In this document: piece after piece, positions 9,378 through 17,847 of the stretch
How positions within the stretch are numbered: position 1 is the stretch's first letter
Layout of the letters: every line of letters starts with the position of its first letter
Translations under genes and position numbers: made by a program
Notes under the pieces: model-generated
Databases searched by the model: none
Told to the model about the DNA's origin: nothing
Seen by the model: only the letters and a program-made list of their open reading frames with translations
DNA from: Actinomycetales bacterium
GTDB taxonomy: Bacteria > Actinomycetota > Actinomycetes > Actinomycetales > JBBRBF01
Reading direction: 5' to 3'
NCBI GenBank assembly: GCA_038206105.1
Contig: JBBRBF010000016.1
Span: 655-64,654, forward strand
Length of the DNA stretch: 64,000 nt

Positions 9378-9850
9378 GAGCGCACGTCCGCGGGCGACGG
9401 GGACCAGCTCGACCGGTTGCGCCTCGTGCCCGCCTTCGCCGACGACTTCACCGAGGGCACCCCGGCGGCGGGACCGCTGGGTCGACCACTACGTGCCGCA
9501 CCGGTCGACGCCGGAGCGCTCGGCGGCGCGGTACGTGCTCGGGGACGCGGGCGGTCCTTGGTATGGATGGGGGTCAATGCGCACCACGACCCTGCCCTGC
9601 GGACCTACATAGTCGACGTCGGCGTCGACATCGACGCCACGCAGCTGCACACCTACGCCGCCGAGCGGGACGCCCACCGCACCCGCTTCTCCGTCGACGA
9701 CGTGCTCGTCAGGACGGTCGAGCAGGGGATCGGCTACCCACAGCAGCTCATGGTGGACCTGTTCGAGCTCCCGGCCCGCAACGGGACCCGGCGTGCTACC
9801 CCAAGTCGTCGGACGTCCGGGAGGTGCGTGAGTGGACGGTCCGCGGGTAG
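9378..9850 (+). pseudogene. Degraded glycoside hydrolase family 16-like gene (frameshifts plus internal deletion)
   Basis: Fragments in three frames: LDRLRLVPAFADDF / DRWVDHYVPHRSTPERSAARY / VWMGVNAHHDPAL...HTYAAE...YPQQLMVDLFELP / YPKSSDVREVREW; no catalytic E-x-x-x-x-E segment; GAGGAGG RBS with no in-frame start. Confidence 0.6.
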
Positions 9851-9854
9851 GCCG

Positions 9855-10316
9855 TCACCCGGCCGCCGACGACCCCTCCCCGCTCCCGGTGCGGGCGAGC
9901 CGGTCAGCCACGAGGGCGACCGCACGCCCCGGGTCCGGCACCTCCCGCGCGCTGACGACGACGCCGTCGACCACCACCGTGGCAGGGCCACCGGCGGCCG
10001 CGCTCTCGCGCGCCGCCCGCCACGGGTCCAGGCCCGACGCGCGGGCGTCGCGGTAGACCGCGGGCCACAGCCACATCCAGTTGCGCGGGTCCACGACCGT
10101 GACGTCGACGTCGGGGAACGCCTCGCGCACCGCCCGGTACACCGCGCCCATCTCGACCATCGTGGTGCGGGCGTGCGCGAAGTCCTCCGGGCGACCGAGC
10201 TCGGTGTCGACGCCGCCGAGCCGCCCGCAGCAGCCGGAGCTGCCGTGCTGGGAGTCCCACTCGCGAACGAGCAGGACGCGGTGCTGCCGGTCGCCGGCGC
10301 GTCGTCGGGCCATCAC
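9855..10316 (-). CDS. Hypothetical protein with SGCCG motif and a thioredoxin/ArsD-like C-terminal pattern
   Basis: C-terminal part of ORF 9855..11285; GTGA overlap with the DUF998 stop; VLLVREWD..SSGCCG...VVDPRN...VVVDGVVVS..EVP. Confidence 0.75.
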   Translation of the reverse strand: MMARRRAGDRQHRVLLVREWDSQHGSSGCCGRLGGVDTELGRPEDFAHARTTMVEMGAVYRAVREAFPDVDVTVVDPRNWMWLWPAVYRDARASGLDPWRAARESAAAGGPATVVVDGVVVSAREVPDPGRAVALVADRLARTGSGEGSSAAG

Positions 10317-10945
10317 GTCACGGTACTGCTGCTCGCCGACCGGAGGCGGGTCGTCGTGACCGCGGTCGCGACGACGAGCAGCGGCCACCCGGCCTGCGCG
10401 GCGGCCGCGACCCGCTCCGCGAGGCCCAGGCGGTCGCCGCCGGTGACGAGCTCGGCACCGAACCAGGCGACCAGCGCCAGCAGCCCGCAGCCGGCCGCCA
10501 CGCTGCGGCCGCGGCGCAGCAGCGGTGCTTCGCCGGGCCGGTCCCGCCCGGCGACGAGCGGCCACGCCGCCATCGCCGTGAAGGCGACCGCCGCGGCGAC
10601 GGTGTGCGGCACCGACGCGCCGTCCGCCGGCAGCGGGAACGCGGCGACGCCGACGGTGCCGGCCCCGCCCACGGCGAGCACCGCACGCCCGGCCGGTGCG
10701 GCGGCCCGCAGCCCGGCCGCGGTCGCCAGGTGGCACAGACCCGTGCCGGCGAGCCCGACCGTCATCACCCAGCGGTCCGCGGCGCCGTCGGCCGCGAGCG
10801 CGCTGATGGTCAGCCGGACGGCGTCGAAGTCGCCGGGCTGGCGGGCGGCGGCCAGGGTCCACCCCCCGACGAGGAGCACCGGAGCGGCAGCCGACGAGAC
10901 CCGGGTCCAGACGCGGATGGCGCCGGGGTCCGCCGCACGACTCAT
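10313..10945 (-). CDS. DUF998-family membrane protein
   Basis: FDAVRLTISALAA, HTVAA.VAF and GLAER motifs; ATGA overlap with the upstream stop. Confidence 0.8.
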   Translation of the reverse strand: MSRAADPGAIRVWTRVSSAAAPVLLVGGWTLAAARQPGDFDAVRLTISALAADGAADRWVMTVGLAGTGLCHLATAAGLRAAAPAGRAVLAVGGAGTVGVAAFPLPADGASVPHTVAAAVAFTAMAAWPLVAGRDRPGEAPLLRRGRSVAAGCGLLALVAWFGAELVTGGDRLGLAERVAAAAQAGWPLLVVATAVTTTRLRSASSSTVT

Positions 10946-11277
10946 CGCCGGGAGCCGGCGGACGCGCACGCGATGCACGTGGTCGCCCAGGGGACCGCCT
11001 CGAGCCGGGCCGGGCCGATGGCATCGCCGCACGGCTCGCACCGGCCCCACGTGCCGTCGGCGAGCCGCGCCTCGGCACGCTCGACCGCCTCGAGGAGCTC
11101 GCGCAGCCGCTCGTGCGCGGCGACCTGCGACAACCGCTCCACTGCCAGTGCCGTGCCCTCCCCGACGCGCTTGCCGAAGCCGATCCCGCTCTGATCGGTC
11201 GGCGCCGTGAGCACGGCCAGCTCGGCGAGCAGCTGACCTCGCTTGGCGGCGAGCAGGGCGGCGACGTCTGTGGGCAC
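10942..11277 (-). CDS. TraR/DksA C4-type zinc-finger protein
   Basis: RLADGTWGRCEPCGDAIGPARLEAVPWATTCIAC. Confidence 0.9.
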   Translation of the reverse strand: MPTDVAALLAAKRGQLLAELAVLTAPTDQSGIGFGKRVGEGTALAVERLSQVAAHERLRELLEAVERAEARLADGTWGRCEPCGDAIGPARLEAVPWATTCIACASAGSRR

Positions 11278-11436
11278 CGCCCCATCCTCGCAGCGCCCGC
11301 CGCGTCGGCGGTCCACGTCGCCCCGCCGCTCGTCGGTGGGTCACCCGGCCGGCGAGCAGGGGCGAGCAGGCCGGATCATGGACCGGACCGGCCCGGGCAC
11401 GGGCGCGACCAGCCCCGACCAGCCCCGAGGAGGCCC

Positions 11437-12162
11437 GTGGACGCCGTCACCCGCACCTGGGAGCAGGTTGCCGGCACCCAGCCCGTGCCGCCGGCCTGGA
11501 CCGTGGCGGTGACGGCGGCCGTGGCCCTCGCGCTCGTCGTCGCACCGGCGACGTGGCCGGTCGTGCGGCACGTGGTGACCACCGCCCACGAGGGCGCCCA
11601 CGGAGTCGCGGCCCTGCTCACCGGTCGCCGCCTGCGCGGCATCAGGCTGCACTCCGACAGCTCGGGGCTTGCGGTGTCGTCCGGACCCGCCCGCGGTCCG
11701 GGGATGGTGGTGACCCTGCTCGCGGGCTATCCCGGGCCGGCGCTCGTCGGGCTGGCGGCGGCAGCCGTGCTCGCCACCGGCCGGTCCCTGGCGGTGCTGT
11801 GGGGCCTGCTCGCGCTGCTGGCCCTGCTGCTGCTGCAGATCCGCAACCTCTTCGGGCTGTGGTCGGTCGTCGCGACCGGTGCCGCGCTCGCCGCCGTGAC
11901 GGTCTGGGCGCCCCCGGCCGTGCAGTCCACGGCGGCCTACGGCGTCACGTGGTTCCTGCTGCTCGCCGCGCCGCGGACCGTGCTCGAGCTGCAGCGGTCG
12001 CGCCGGCGAGGCCGAGGGCGGTCGTCGGACGCCGACCAGCTCGCCGCCCTCACCGGCCTGCCCGGCCTGCTCTGGGTCGCGGTGCTCGCGCTGCTCACGC
12101 TCGGCGCGTCGGGCGCCGGCGCGCTGCTGCTCCTCGGTGCCACGACCACAGGGCTGCCGTAG
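11437..12162 (+). CDS. M50B-family membrane metallopeptidase
   Basis: HEGAH zinc motif, LHSDSSG, AGYPGP, SDADQLA; GAGGAGG RBS. Confidence 0.88.
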   Translation: MDAVTRTWEQVAGTQPVPPAWTVAVTAAVALALVVAPATWPVVRHVVTTAHEGAHGVAALLTGRRLRGIRLHSDSSGLAVSSGPARGPGMVVTLLAGYPGPALVGLAAAAVLATGRSLAVLWGLLALLALLLLQIRNLFGLWSVVATGAALAAVTVWAPPAVQSTAAYGVTWFLLLAAPRTVLELQRSRRRGRGRSSDADQLAALTGLPGLLWVAVLALLTLGASGAGALLLLGATTTGLP

Positions 12163-12169
12163 CCGGACC

Positions 12170-13534
12170 CTAGCCGGCGCCCCCGGCGTCGCAGTCGACG
12201 AGCCCGGCGCGGGCCTTGGCGGTCAGGACGCGGGTGGTCGCCTGCTCGACGCGGGCGGAGAAGTCCGGCTCGCCCGACCGCTCGACCAGCGCGTCGAGCA
12301 TCACCTGCGCGTCCTCGGCGCGGACGGTGAGCACGAGGTCGCCGCCGGCTGCGACGAAGCGGGTGGCGCGCTCGCCCACCGGGACACCGGCGAGCGCCAC
12401 CGCGGCACCGACGTCGTCGGTCATCACGACGCCCTCGAAGTCCAGTGCCGACCGCGCGAGACCCACCACCGTCGGCGAGAACAGGGCGGGGCGGTCGGGG
12501 TCGATCCCGAGGTACGTGGCCGACGACATCATCACGAAGCCGGCGCCCGCACCGACCCCGGCGCGGAACGGTTCGAGGAACGCGTCGTCGGGGACCGTGA
12601 CGTCGTCGACGACGCCGGCGCTGTCGTCGGTGTTGCCGGTGGCGCGCCCCAGCCCGGGGAAGTGCTTCACGCTCGTCGCGACCCCGGCACCGTCCATGCC
12701 CGCGACGAAGGCGGCGACGCCGGGCGCCGCCGTCGCAGGCGTGTCGCCGTAGTGGCGCCCGAAGCGCCCGATCGGGGCGTTGTCGGCACCCGGTGCCACG
12801 ACGCCCGCGACGGGGGCCAGGTCGAGGTCCACACCGGCGGCGGCGAGCTCGGCCCCCCAGCCGGCGGCGCGCTCGCGGAGCGTGGCCGTGTCCCAGGAGC
12901 CCTGCTCGCGAGGGCGGGGGATGTCGCTGAACCCGGGCCCGGAAAGCACCTGCACGGCCCCGCCCTCCTGGTCGACCGCCACGAGCGGCGCGGGTCCGCC
13001 GCCCTCGACCAGCGCCCGGACGGCGCGCACGAGCGCCCTCGTGGCGTCGACGCCGCGCCGGGACCGTCCGGTGAGGATCACGCCACCGACACCGAGGTCG
13101 CCGACGGCGTGGGCCGCCGCGGCGGGGGGCGAGTCCGCGTCGGCCGGGAGCCCGACCACCAGCAGCTGCGCGGCACGGCGGTCGGCGGGCATGGCCGTGA
13201 CCAGGCGGACGGCGCACGCCACCTCCGATGGCACGTCGGCACCGGAGGACGGGGCCCCCGCGGCCGTGGACGCGGAGGCCGGGGGCGAGACGGCCGGGGA
13301 CGAGCTGGCCGGGGACGAGACGGCTGGGGACGAGGCGGCCGGGGACGAGGCGGCTCGTGTCGCCGACGGCGGTCGGGACCCCTGCCCGGCACCGGGGGTG
13401 CCGGAGCACGCGGCGAGCCCGACCGCGACGAGCCCGACCGCGGCCAGCATCGCGGGCGTCGTCCCGGCCACCGGCACCCGCGCGGCACCCTGCCGGCGGC
13501 GGTGCCCATACCGGGGACGAGTGGTCGTGCTCAC
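12170..13534 (-). CDS. GH3 beta-N-acetylhexosaminidase-like lipoprotein
   Basis: Lipobox LAAC, Ser/Pro/Ala linker, VDQEGG, LAPVAG, KHFPGLG, VMTDD; start uncertain. Confidence 0.88.
   Translation of the reverse strand: MSTTTRPRYGHRRRQGAARVPVAGTTPAMLAAVGLVAVGLAACSGTPGAGQGSRPPSATRAASSPAASSPAVSSPASSSPAVSPPASASTAAGAPSSGADVPSEVACAVRLVTAMPADRRAAQLLVVGLPADADSPPAAAAHAVGDLGVGGVILTGRSRRGVDATRALVRAVRALVEGGGPAPLVAVDQEGGAVQVLSGPGFSDIPRPREQGSWDTATLRERAAGWGAELAAAGVDLDLAPVAGVVAPGADNAPIGRFGRHYGDTPATAAPGVAAFVAGMDGAGVATSVKHFPGLGRATGNTDDSAGVVDDVTVPDDAFLEPFRAGVGAGAGFVMMSSATYLGIDPDRPALFSPTVVGLARSALDFEGVVMTDDVGAAVALAGVPVGERATRFVAAGGDLVLTVRAEDAQVMLDALVERSGEPDFSARVEQATTRVLTAKARAGLVDCDAGGAG
13277..13351. repeat. 15-bp x5 coding tandem repeat (SSPAA/SSPAV units)
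   Basis: GG(C/T)CGGGG(A/G)CGAGxx-type units read directly at 15-bp period. Confidence 0.85.
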
Positions 13535-13637
13535 GCCGCCGACGCTAACGGGGAGCTCGTTCGGAGTCGCACGGCACCGACAGGGCGCCGGCGCGGCACC
13601 GACGGGCACCGGCACCGCGGCCGGCACGCGACCGCGC

Positions 13638-13663
13638 TCAAGGCGTGCCCCGCCCAGCCCGAT
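13638..13663 (+). promoter_or_regulatory. sigma28/WhiG(FliA)-like promoter upstream of the GGDEF-EAL gene
   Basis: TCAAG-N15-CCCGAT(GA); family consensus TAAA-N15/16-GCCGAT. Confidence 0.55.
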
Positions 13664-13721
13664 GAGGTGAGCACGAGGCCCGACCGGATGCTCCGGGGGG
13701 CCGTGCGCGGACGGGACGGTC

Positions 13722-15191
13722 GTGGCAGACAGCGAGTGGCTCGTGACGGCGACGATCGTGGCGCCGGTTGCGTGCGCCATGGTGCTGCTCGTCGTCCTGC
13801 TGCGACGCCAGCAGCGCGAGCGGGACCGGATGGCGCACCGCGACCCGCTGACGGGGCTGGGCAACCGGACCGCCCTGATGGCGCGCGCCAAGGAGCTGCT
13901 GCTGCGGATGCCTCCCGACGAGGAGGCCGACGGCGACGGCGACCACGGCCCCGCCCTGCTGCTGATCGACCTCGACGGCTTCAAAAACGTGAACGACACC
14001 CTCGGCCACGCCGCGGGCGACCTCCTGCTCGACCAGGTGGCGCAGCGGCTGGCGACGGGCGCCGGCCCCGGCACCGACGTGATGCGCCTGGGCGGCGACG
14101 AGTTCGCCGTCCTCGTCGAGGGGCCGGTCAGCGCGACCCAGGCGAGCATGGTGGGCAAGAAGCTGCTGGCCGCGCTCGGCGCCGGCGGCTTCACGGCGGC
14201 GGGCGTCGCCCTCGACGTCGGCGCCAGCATCGGGGTGGTCGTGGCGCACAGCCGTCGCGTGACCCTCACCGACCTGCTCAAGCACGCCGACGTGGCGATG
14301 TACGCCGCCAAGCGGACCCGCAGCGGCGTCCTCGTGTACACCCCTGACCTCGACCCCCACAGCAGCGACCGCCTCGGCACCCTCAGCCTGCTGCGCGGCG
14401 CGATGGACGACGGACAGCTCGAGCTGCGCTACCAGCCGGTCGTCGCGGCCGACGACCAGCGGCTGCTCGGCTTCGAGACCCTGCTGCGGTGGCGGCACCC
14501 GACCCGCGGCCTGCTGCTGCCCGCCGAGTTCCTCCCCCTGGCGGAGCGGACCGCGCTGATCCGGCCGCTGACCCGCTGGGTACTGCTGACCGCGCTGCGC
14601 CAGGGCTCCACGTGGCGCAGCGAGGGGCTGCAGGCCACGATCGCCGTCAACGTCAGCGCCGCCGTCCTCGAACCGGGGCTGCTCGGCATGATCGACGAGG
14701 CGCTCGCCCTGACGCGCTGGCCCCCGGATCAGCTCGTGCTGGAGATCACCGAGTCCGCGCTCGCCCAGAACCCCGCCGAGGCCGTCTCGGTGGTGGGGCG
14801 GCTGCGCGAGCGCGGCGTCCACGTGGCCATCGACGACTTCGGCGCGGGCTTCACCGGCCTCGGGCAGCTGCGCGGCCTGCCCGTGCAGGTGCTCAAGATC
14901 GACCGCCAGTTCGTCGCCGGTGTCGGCGTCGACGCGACCGACGAGGCGATCGTCACCACGATCGTGGAGCTGGCGCACCGGCTCGGGATGCGCGTGATCG
15001 CCGAGGGCGTCGAGACCGCGGACGTCGCGCGGCGGCTGCACGCGATGGGCTGCGACGAGCTGCAGGGCTTCGGCCTGGGCCGCCCGATGGACGCCCCCGG
15101 TGTCGAGGCCTGGATGCGGACCCGCCGGTCCCCGGCGACGACGGCGCTCTCGGTGCGCCGACCGGAGCGCACCCACGAGCCCTCGGCCTGA
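13722..15191 (+). CDS. Membrane-anchored GGDEF-EAL c-di-GMP cyclase/phosphodiesterase
   Basis: DPLTGLGNR, DLDGFKNVNDTLGH, RLGGDEF; ETLLRW, LEITE, IDDFG, LKIDRQF, AEGVET, QGF; one N-terminal TM. Confidence 0.95.
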   Translation: MADSEWLVTATIVAPVACAMVLLVVLLRRQQRERDRMAHRDPLTGLGNRTALMARAKELLLRMPPDEEADGDGDHGPALLLIDLDGFKNVNDTLGHAAGDLLLDQVAQRLATGAGPGTDVMRLGGDEFAVLVEGPVSATQASMVGKKLLAALGAGGFTAAGVALDVGASIGVVVAHSRRVTLTDLLKHADVAMYAAKRTRSGVLVYTPDLDPHSSDRLGTLSLLRGAMDDGQLELRYQPVVAADDQRLLGFETLLRWRHPTRGLLLPAEFLPLAERTALIRPLTRWVLLTALRQGSTWRSEGLQATIAVNVSAAVLEPGLLGMIDEALALTRWPPDQLVLEITESALAQNPAEAVSVVGRLRERGVHVAIDDFGAGFTGLGQLRGLPVQVLKIDRQFVAGVGVDATDEAIVTTIVELAHRLGMRVIAEGVETADVARRLHAMGCDELQGFGLGRPMDAPGVEAWMRTRRSPATTALSVRRPERTHEPSA

Positions 15192-15234
15192 CACGGCCCT
15201 GATCCCGGACAGACCGTCGGTCCGCGGCAACGGG

Positions 15235-15272
15235 CCAGATCAGTCCCGCCAGATCAGTCCCGCCAGATCAGT
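15235..15272. repeat. 14-bp tandem repeat (about 2.7 copies) spanning the PP2C stop codon
   Basis: CCAGATCAGTCCCG twice, then CCAGATCAGT. Confidence 0.9.
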
Positions 15273-16381
15273 ACGAGCCCGCGGTCGTCGTTCTCCCCGT
15301 CGCGGGTGGCGTCGACGATCCGCCGCGCACCGCCGGCGAAGCCGCCCGCCGCCACGAGGCTCTCCGCCTGCCCGACGAGCCGGTCGATGCCGAGCCCGAG
15401 GTCACGGCCCGGCGTCTCGACCAGGCCGTCGGTGTACAGCAGCAGGGCGTCGCCCCGCTGCAGACGCGCGGTGTGCGCCGGGTAGCCGACGTCCTCCACG
15501 ATGCCGAGGGCAGGCCCGTGGTCGGAGCTGATCACCTCCCAGCGACCCGACCCCGCGTGGTAGTGGGCCGCGGGCGGGTGCCCGGCGCTGGCGATCCGGT
15601 AGCCGCCGGTGCCGAGGTCGACGGCGAGGTGGACGGCGGTGGCGAAGCCCTCGTCCCAGTCCTGGTGCAGCAGGTACGCGTTCGCGGCGGGCAGGAACTG
15701 CTCGCGGCCGAGTGCGCCGAGCAGGCCCCCGAAGGCGCCCGAGAGCAGCAGTGCCCGCGTGCCGGCAGGCTGGCCCTTGCCGGAGACGTCGACGAGCACC
15801 ATCTCGAGCAGCTGCCCGTCCCCGGAGCGGCTTGCCACGAGGAAGTCGCCGGAGAAGGAGTCCCCGTACGCGGGCCGCAGCTCGCGCTCGACGTGCCAGC
15901 CCGGCGGCATCTGGCCGGGCACCTGGTCCTGGGCGCGCAGCCGGTCCCGCATGTCGACGAGCATCGTGTCGCCGGCGGTGCCCTGGACCCCGAGGCGCTC
16001 GCGGCTGCGGGCGAACAGGAGCACGACGACGGCGCTGCCGACGAGGACGGCGACCTCGCCGGGCAGCACCTCCTCGCCCCTGTCGTTCGAGATGATGAGC
16101 AGCGTCGCGGCCGCGACGACGAGGTACAGCAGGCCCAGGGCGCGCAGCCGCAGCAGGAACCCGCCGACCATCATCACGAGCACGAGGGCCGTCGGCGGCA
16201 CCGCCATCGGCTCGCCCCGCGACAGCAGCGAGACCGCGACCGTCAGCAGCGTCAGCGCGAGCAGGGCGAACGGCTGCGAGGGCAGCACGCGCCGCTGCAG
16301 CGTCATATGGGCGCGCCGGGCGACCCGGCTCCAGGACCAGGACCGGGCCGGCTCGGCCCGGTGCCGGGTGCCTGTGGCCAC
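15254..16381 (-). CDS. Membrane PP2C/SpoIIE-family protein Ser/Thr phosphatase
   Basis: SGDF, VDVSGKG, SAGHPP, LYTDGL, NDDR; N-terminal TMs; TAGGGT -10 six nt before the GTG. Confidence 0.92.
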   Translation of the reverse strand: MATGTRHRAEPARSWSWSRVARRAHMTLQRRVLPSQPFALLALTLLTVAVSLLSRGEPMAVPPTALVLVMMVGGFLLRLRALGLLYLVVAAATLLIISNDRGEEVLPGEVAVLVGSAVVVLLFARSRERLGVQGTAGDTMLVDMRDRLRAQDQVPGQMPPGWHVERELRPAYGDSFSGDFLVASRSGDGQLLEMVLVDVSGKGQPAGTRALLLSGAFGGLLGALGREQFLPAANAYLLHQDWDEGFATAVHLAVDLGTGGYRIASAGHPPAAHYHAGSGRWEVISSDHGPALGIVEDVGYPAHTARLQRGDALLLYTDGLVETPGRDLGLGIDRLVGQAESLVAAGGFAGGARRIVDATRDGENDDRGLVLIWRD

Positions 16382-16521
16382 GCGCGGACCCTACTCGTCG
16401 GCCGGAGCCCGTCAGGGCGGCTCCCGAGCACCGCCATCCGGTCCGCCGAAGGGGCGCCTCGCGGTGGTTCCGCGACGACGAACCCGTGGGCAGCCCGGGG
16501 AGACCTGGCAGCATCGCGGGC

Positions 16522-17826
16522 GTGGACGAGCAGGGCTCCGGTAGGGACGACGAGCGCGCAGGCGGACGAAGTGTGCAGGTGGTCGCCGTCGGTGAGGACC
16601 GCGCCGACGAGGTGCTCGACGTCGACCGCTGGGCGTTCGGCGTCCCCGACAGCGAGGACCGCGAGGTCTCGCTGCGCGGGATGGAGTGGGACCGCACGGC
16701 GGGAGCGGTGCTCCCGGCAGCGGGCGACGCGGGAGAGGGCGACGACGCGCCGTTGGCGGGGGTCTACTCGGTGCGCACGGCCCGCCTGCAGGTGCCCGGC
16801 GGCGAGGTGCCCGCTGCGGGCCTGACCTGGGTGGGGGTGCACCCGCAGCACCGCCGCCGCGGCGTGCTCAGCGCGATGATGGACCACCACCTGCGCGGCG
16901 CGCGCGCTGCCGGTGAGCCGGTCTCGGTGCTGTGGACCGCCGAGCCGGCGATCTACGGGCGGTACGGCTACGGGCTCGGGACGATGGTGACCCGGATGAC
17001 CCTCGCTCGCGGCGCCTCGCTGCGCGACGTGCCCGGCGCGGACGCGCTGCACGTGACGCTGGAGCGGGCGGACCCGCGGCGTCACGCCGCGCTGGTCGCG
17101 CAGGGGTACGAGGCGTCCCGGCATGGCCGCCCCGGTGCCGTCTCGCGCGACTCCGAGGGGCTGCAGGGCTCCGTGCTGGACGACCCGGCCCGCGGCCGCG
17201 ACGGTGCCGAGGCGCTGCGGCTGCTCGCGGTCCGTGACGACTCCGGCGACCTGCGCGGCTACGCGCTGTTCCGGCGCAAGGAGCACTGGGGACAGGGCGG
17301 CCCGGACGGCGAGGTGCAGGTCCGTGAGGCGGTCGCCCTCGACGCCGCCGCGGCCCGGGCGCTGTGGGGTCGCCTGACGGACCTGGACCTGACGGCGCGT
17401 GTGCGCACCGACCTGCGCGCCACCGACGACGCCCTGGTGCACCTGCTCGTCGACGTGCGGGCGGCGCTGGTCACGGTCGGCGACGGGCTGTGGGTCCGGC
17501 TCGTCGACGTCGACGCGGCGCTCGCCGCCCGGCGGTACCCCCGGCCCGTCGACGTCGTGGTGGACGTCACCGACTCCCGCTGTCCGTGGAACGCGGGTCG
17601 CCACCACCTGGTGGGCGGACCGGACGGCGCCACCTGCGCCCCGACGCAACGGCCCGCCGACCTGGCCTGCGACGTCTCGGCGCTCGGGTCGGCCTACCTC
17701 GGCGGGCAGACCCTCGGCGCCCTCGCCGCGGCCGGCCGCGTCACCGAGCTCACCGACGCGGCGCTGACGCGAGCGGCCGCCGCGCTCTCGTGGCCCGTCG
17801 CGCCCCACTGCTCGTGGGAGTTCTGA
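16522..17826 (+). CDS. eis: Eis-family GNAT acetyltransferase
   Basis: VGVHPQHRRRG, EPAIYGRYGYG, SCP2-like C-terminal domain, terminal ..WEF. Confidence 0.88.
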   Translation: MDEQGSGRDDERAGGRSVQVVAVGEDRADEVLDVDRWAFGVPDSEDREVSLRGMEWDRTAGAVLPAAGDAGEGDDAPLAGVYSVRTARLQVPGGEVPAAGLTWVGVHPQHRRRGVLSAMMDHHLRGARAAGEPVSVLWTAEPAIYGRYGYGLGTMVTRMTLARGASLRDVPGADALHVTLERADPRRHAALVAQGYEASRHGRPGAVSRDSEGLQGSVLDDPARGRDGAEALRLLAVRDDSGDLRGYALFRRKEHWGQGGPDGEVQVREAVALDAAAARALWGRLTDLDLTARVRTDLRATDDALVHLLVDVRAALVTVGDGLWVRLVDVDAALAARRYPRPVDVVVDVTDSRCPWNAGRHHLVGGPDGATCAPTQRPADLACDVSALGSAYLGGQTLGALAAAGRVTELTDAALTRAAAALSWPVAPHCSWEF

Positions 17827-17847
17827 GGGCCTGCCGCGACGCGCGGC

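Noticed and set aside
9855-10316. Selenoprotein or recoding in the Cys-Cys protein
   Set aside because: Both Cys are normal codons and there is no in-frame TGA
13535-13721. c-di-AMP or c-di-GMP riboswitch between the GH3 and GGDEF-EAL genes
   Set aside because: No ydaO or GEMM consensus elements recognisable
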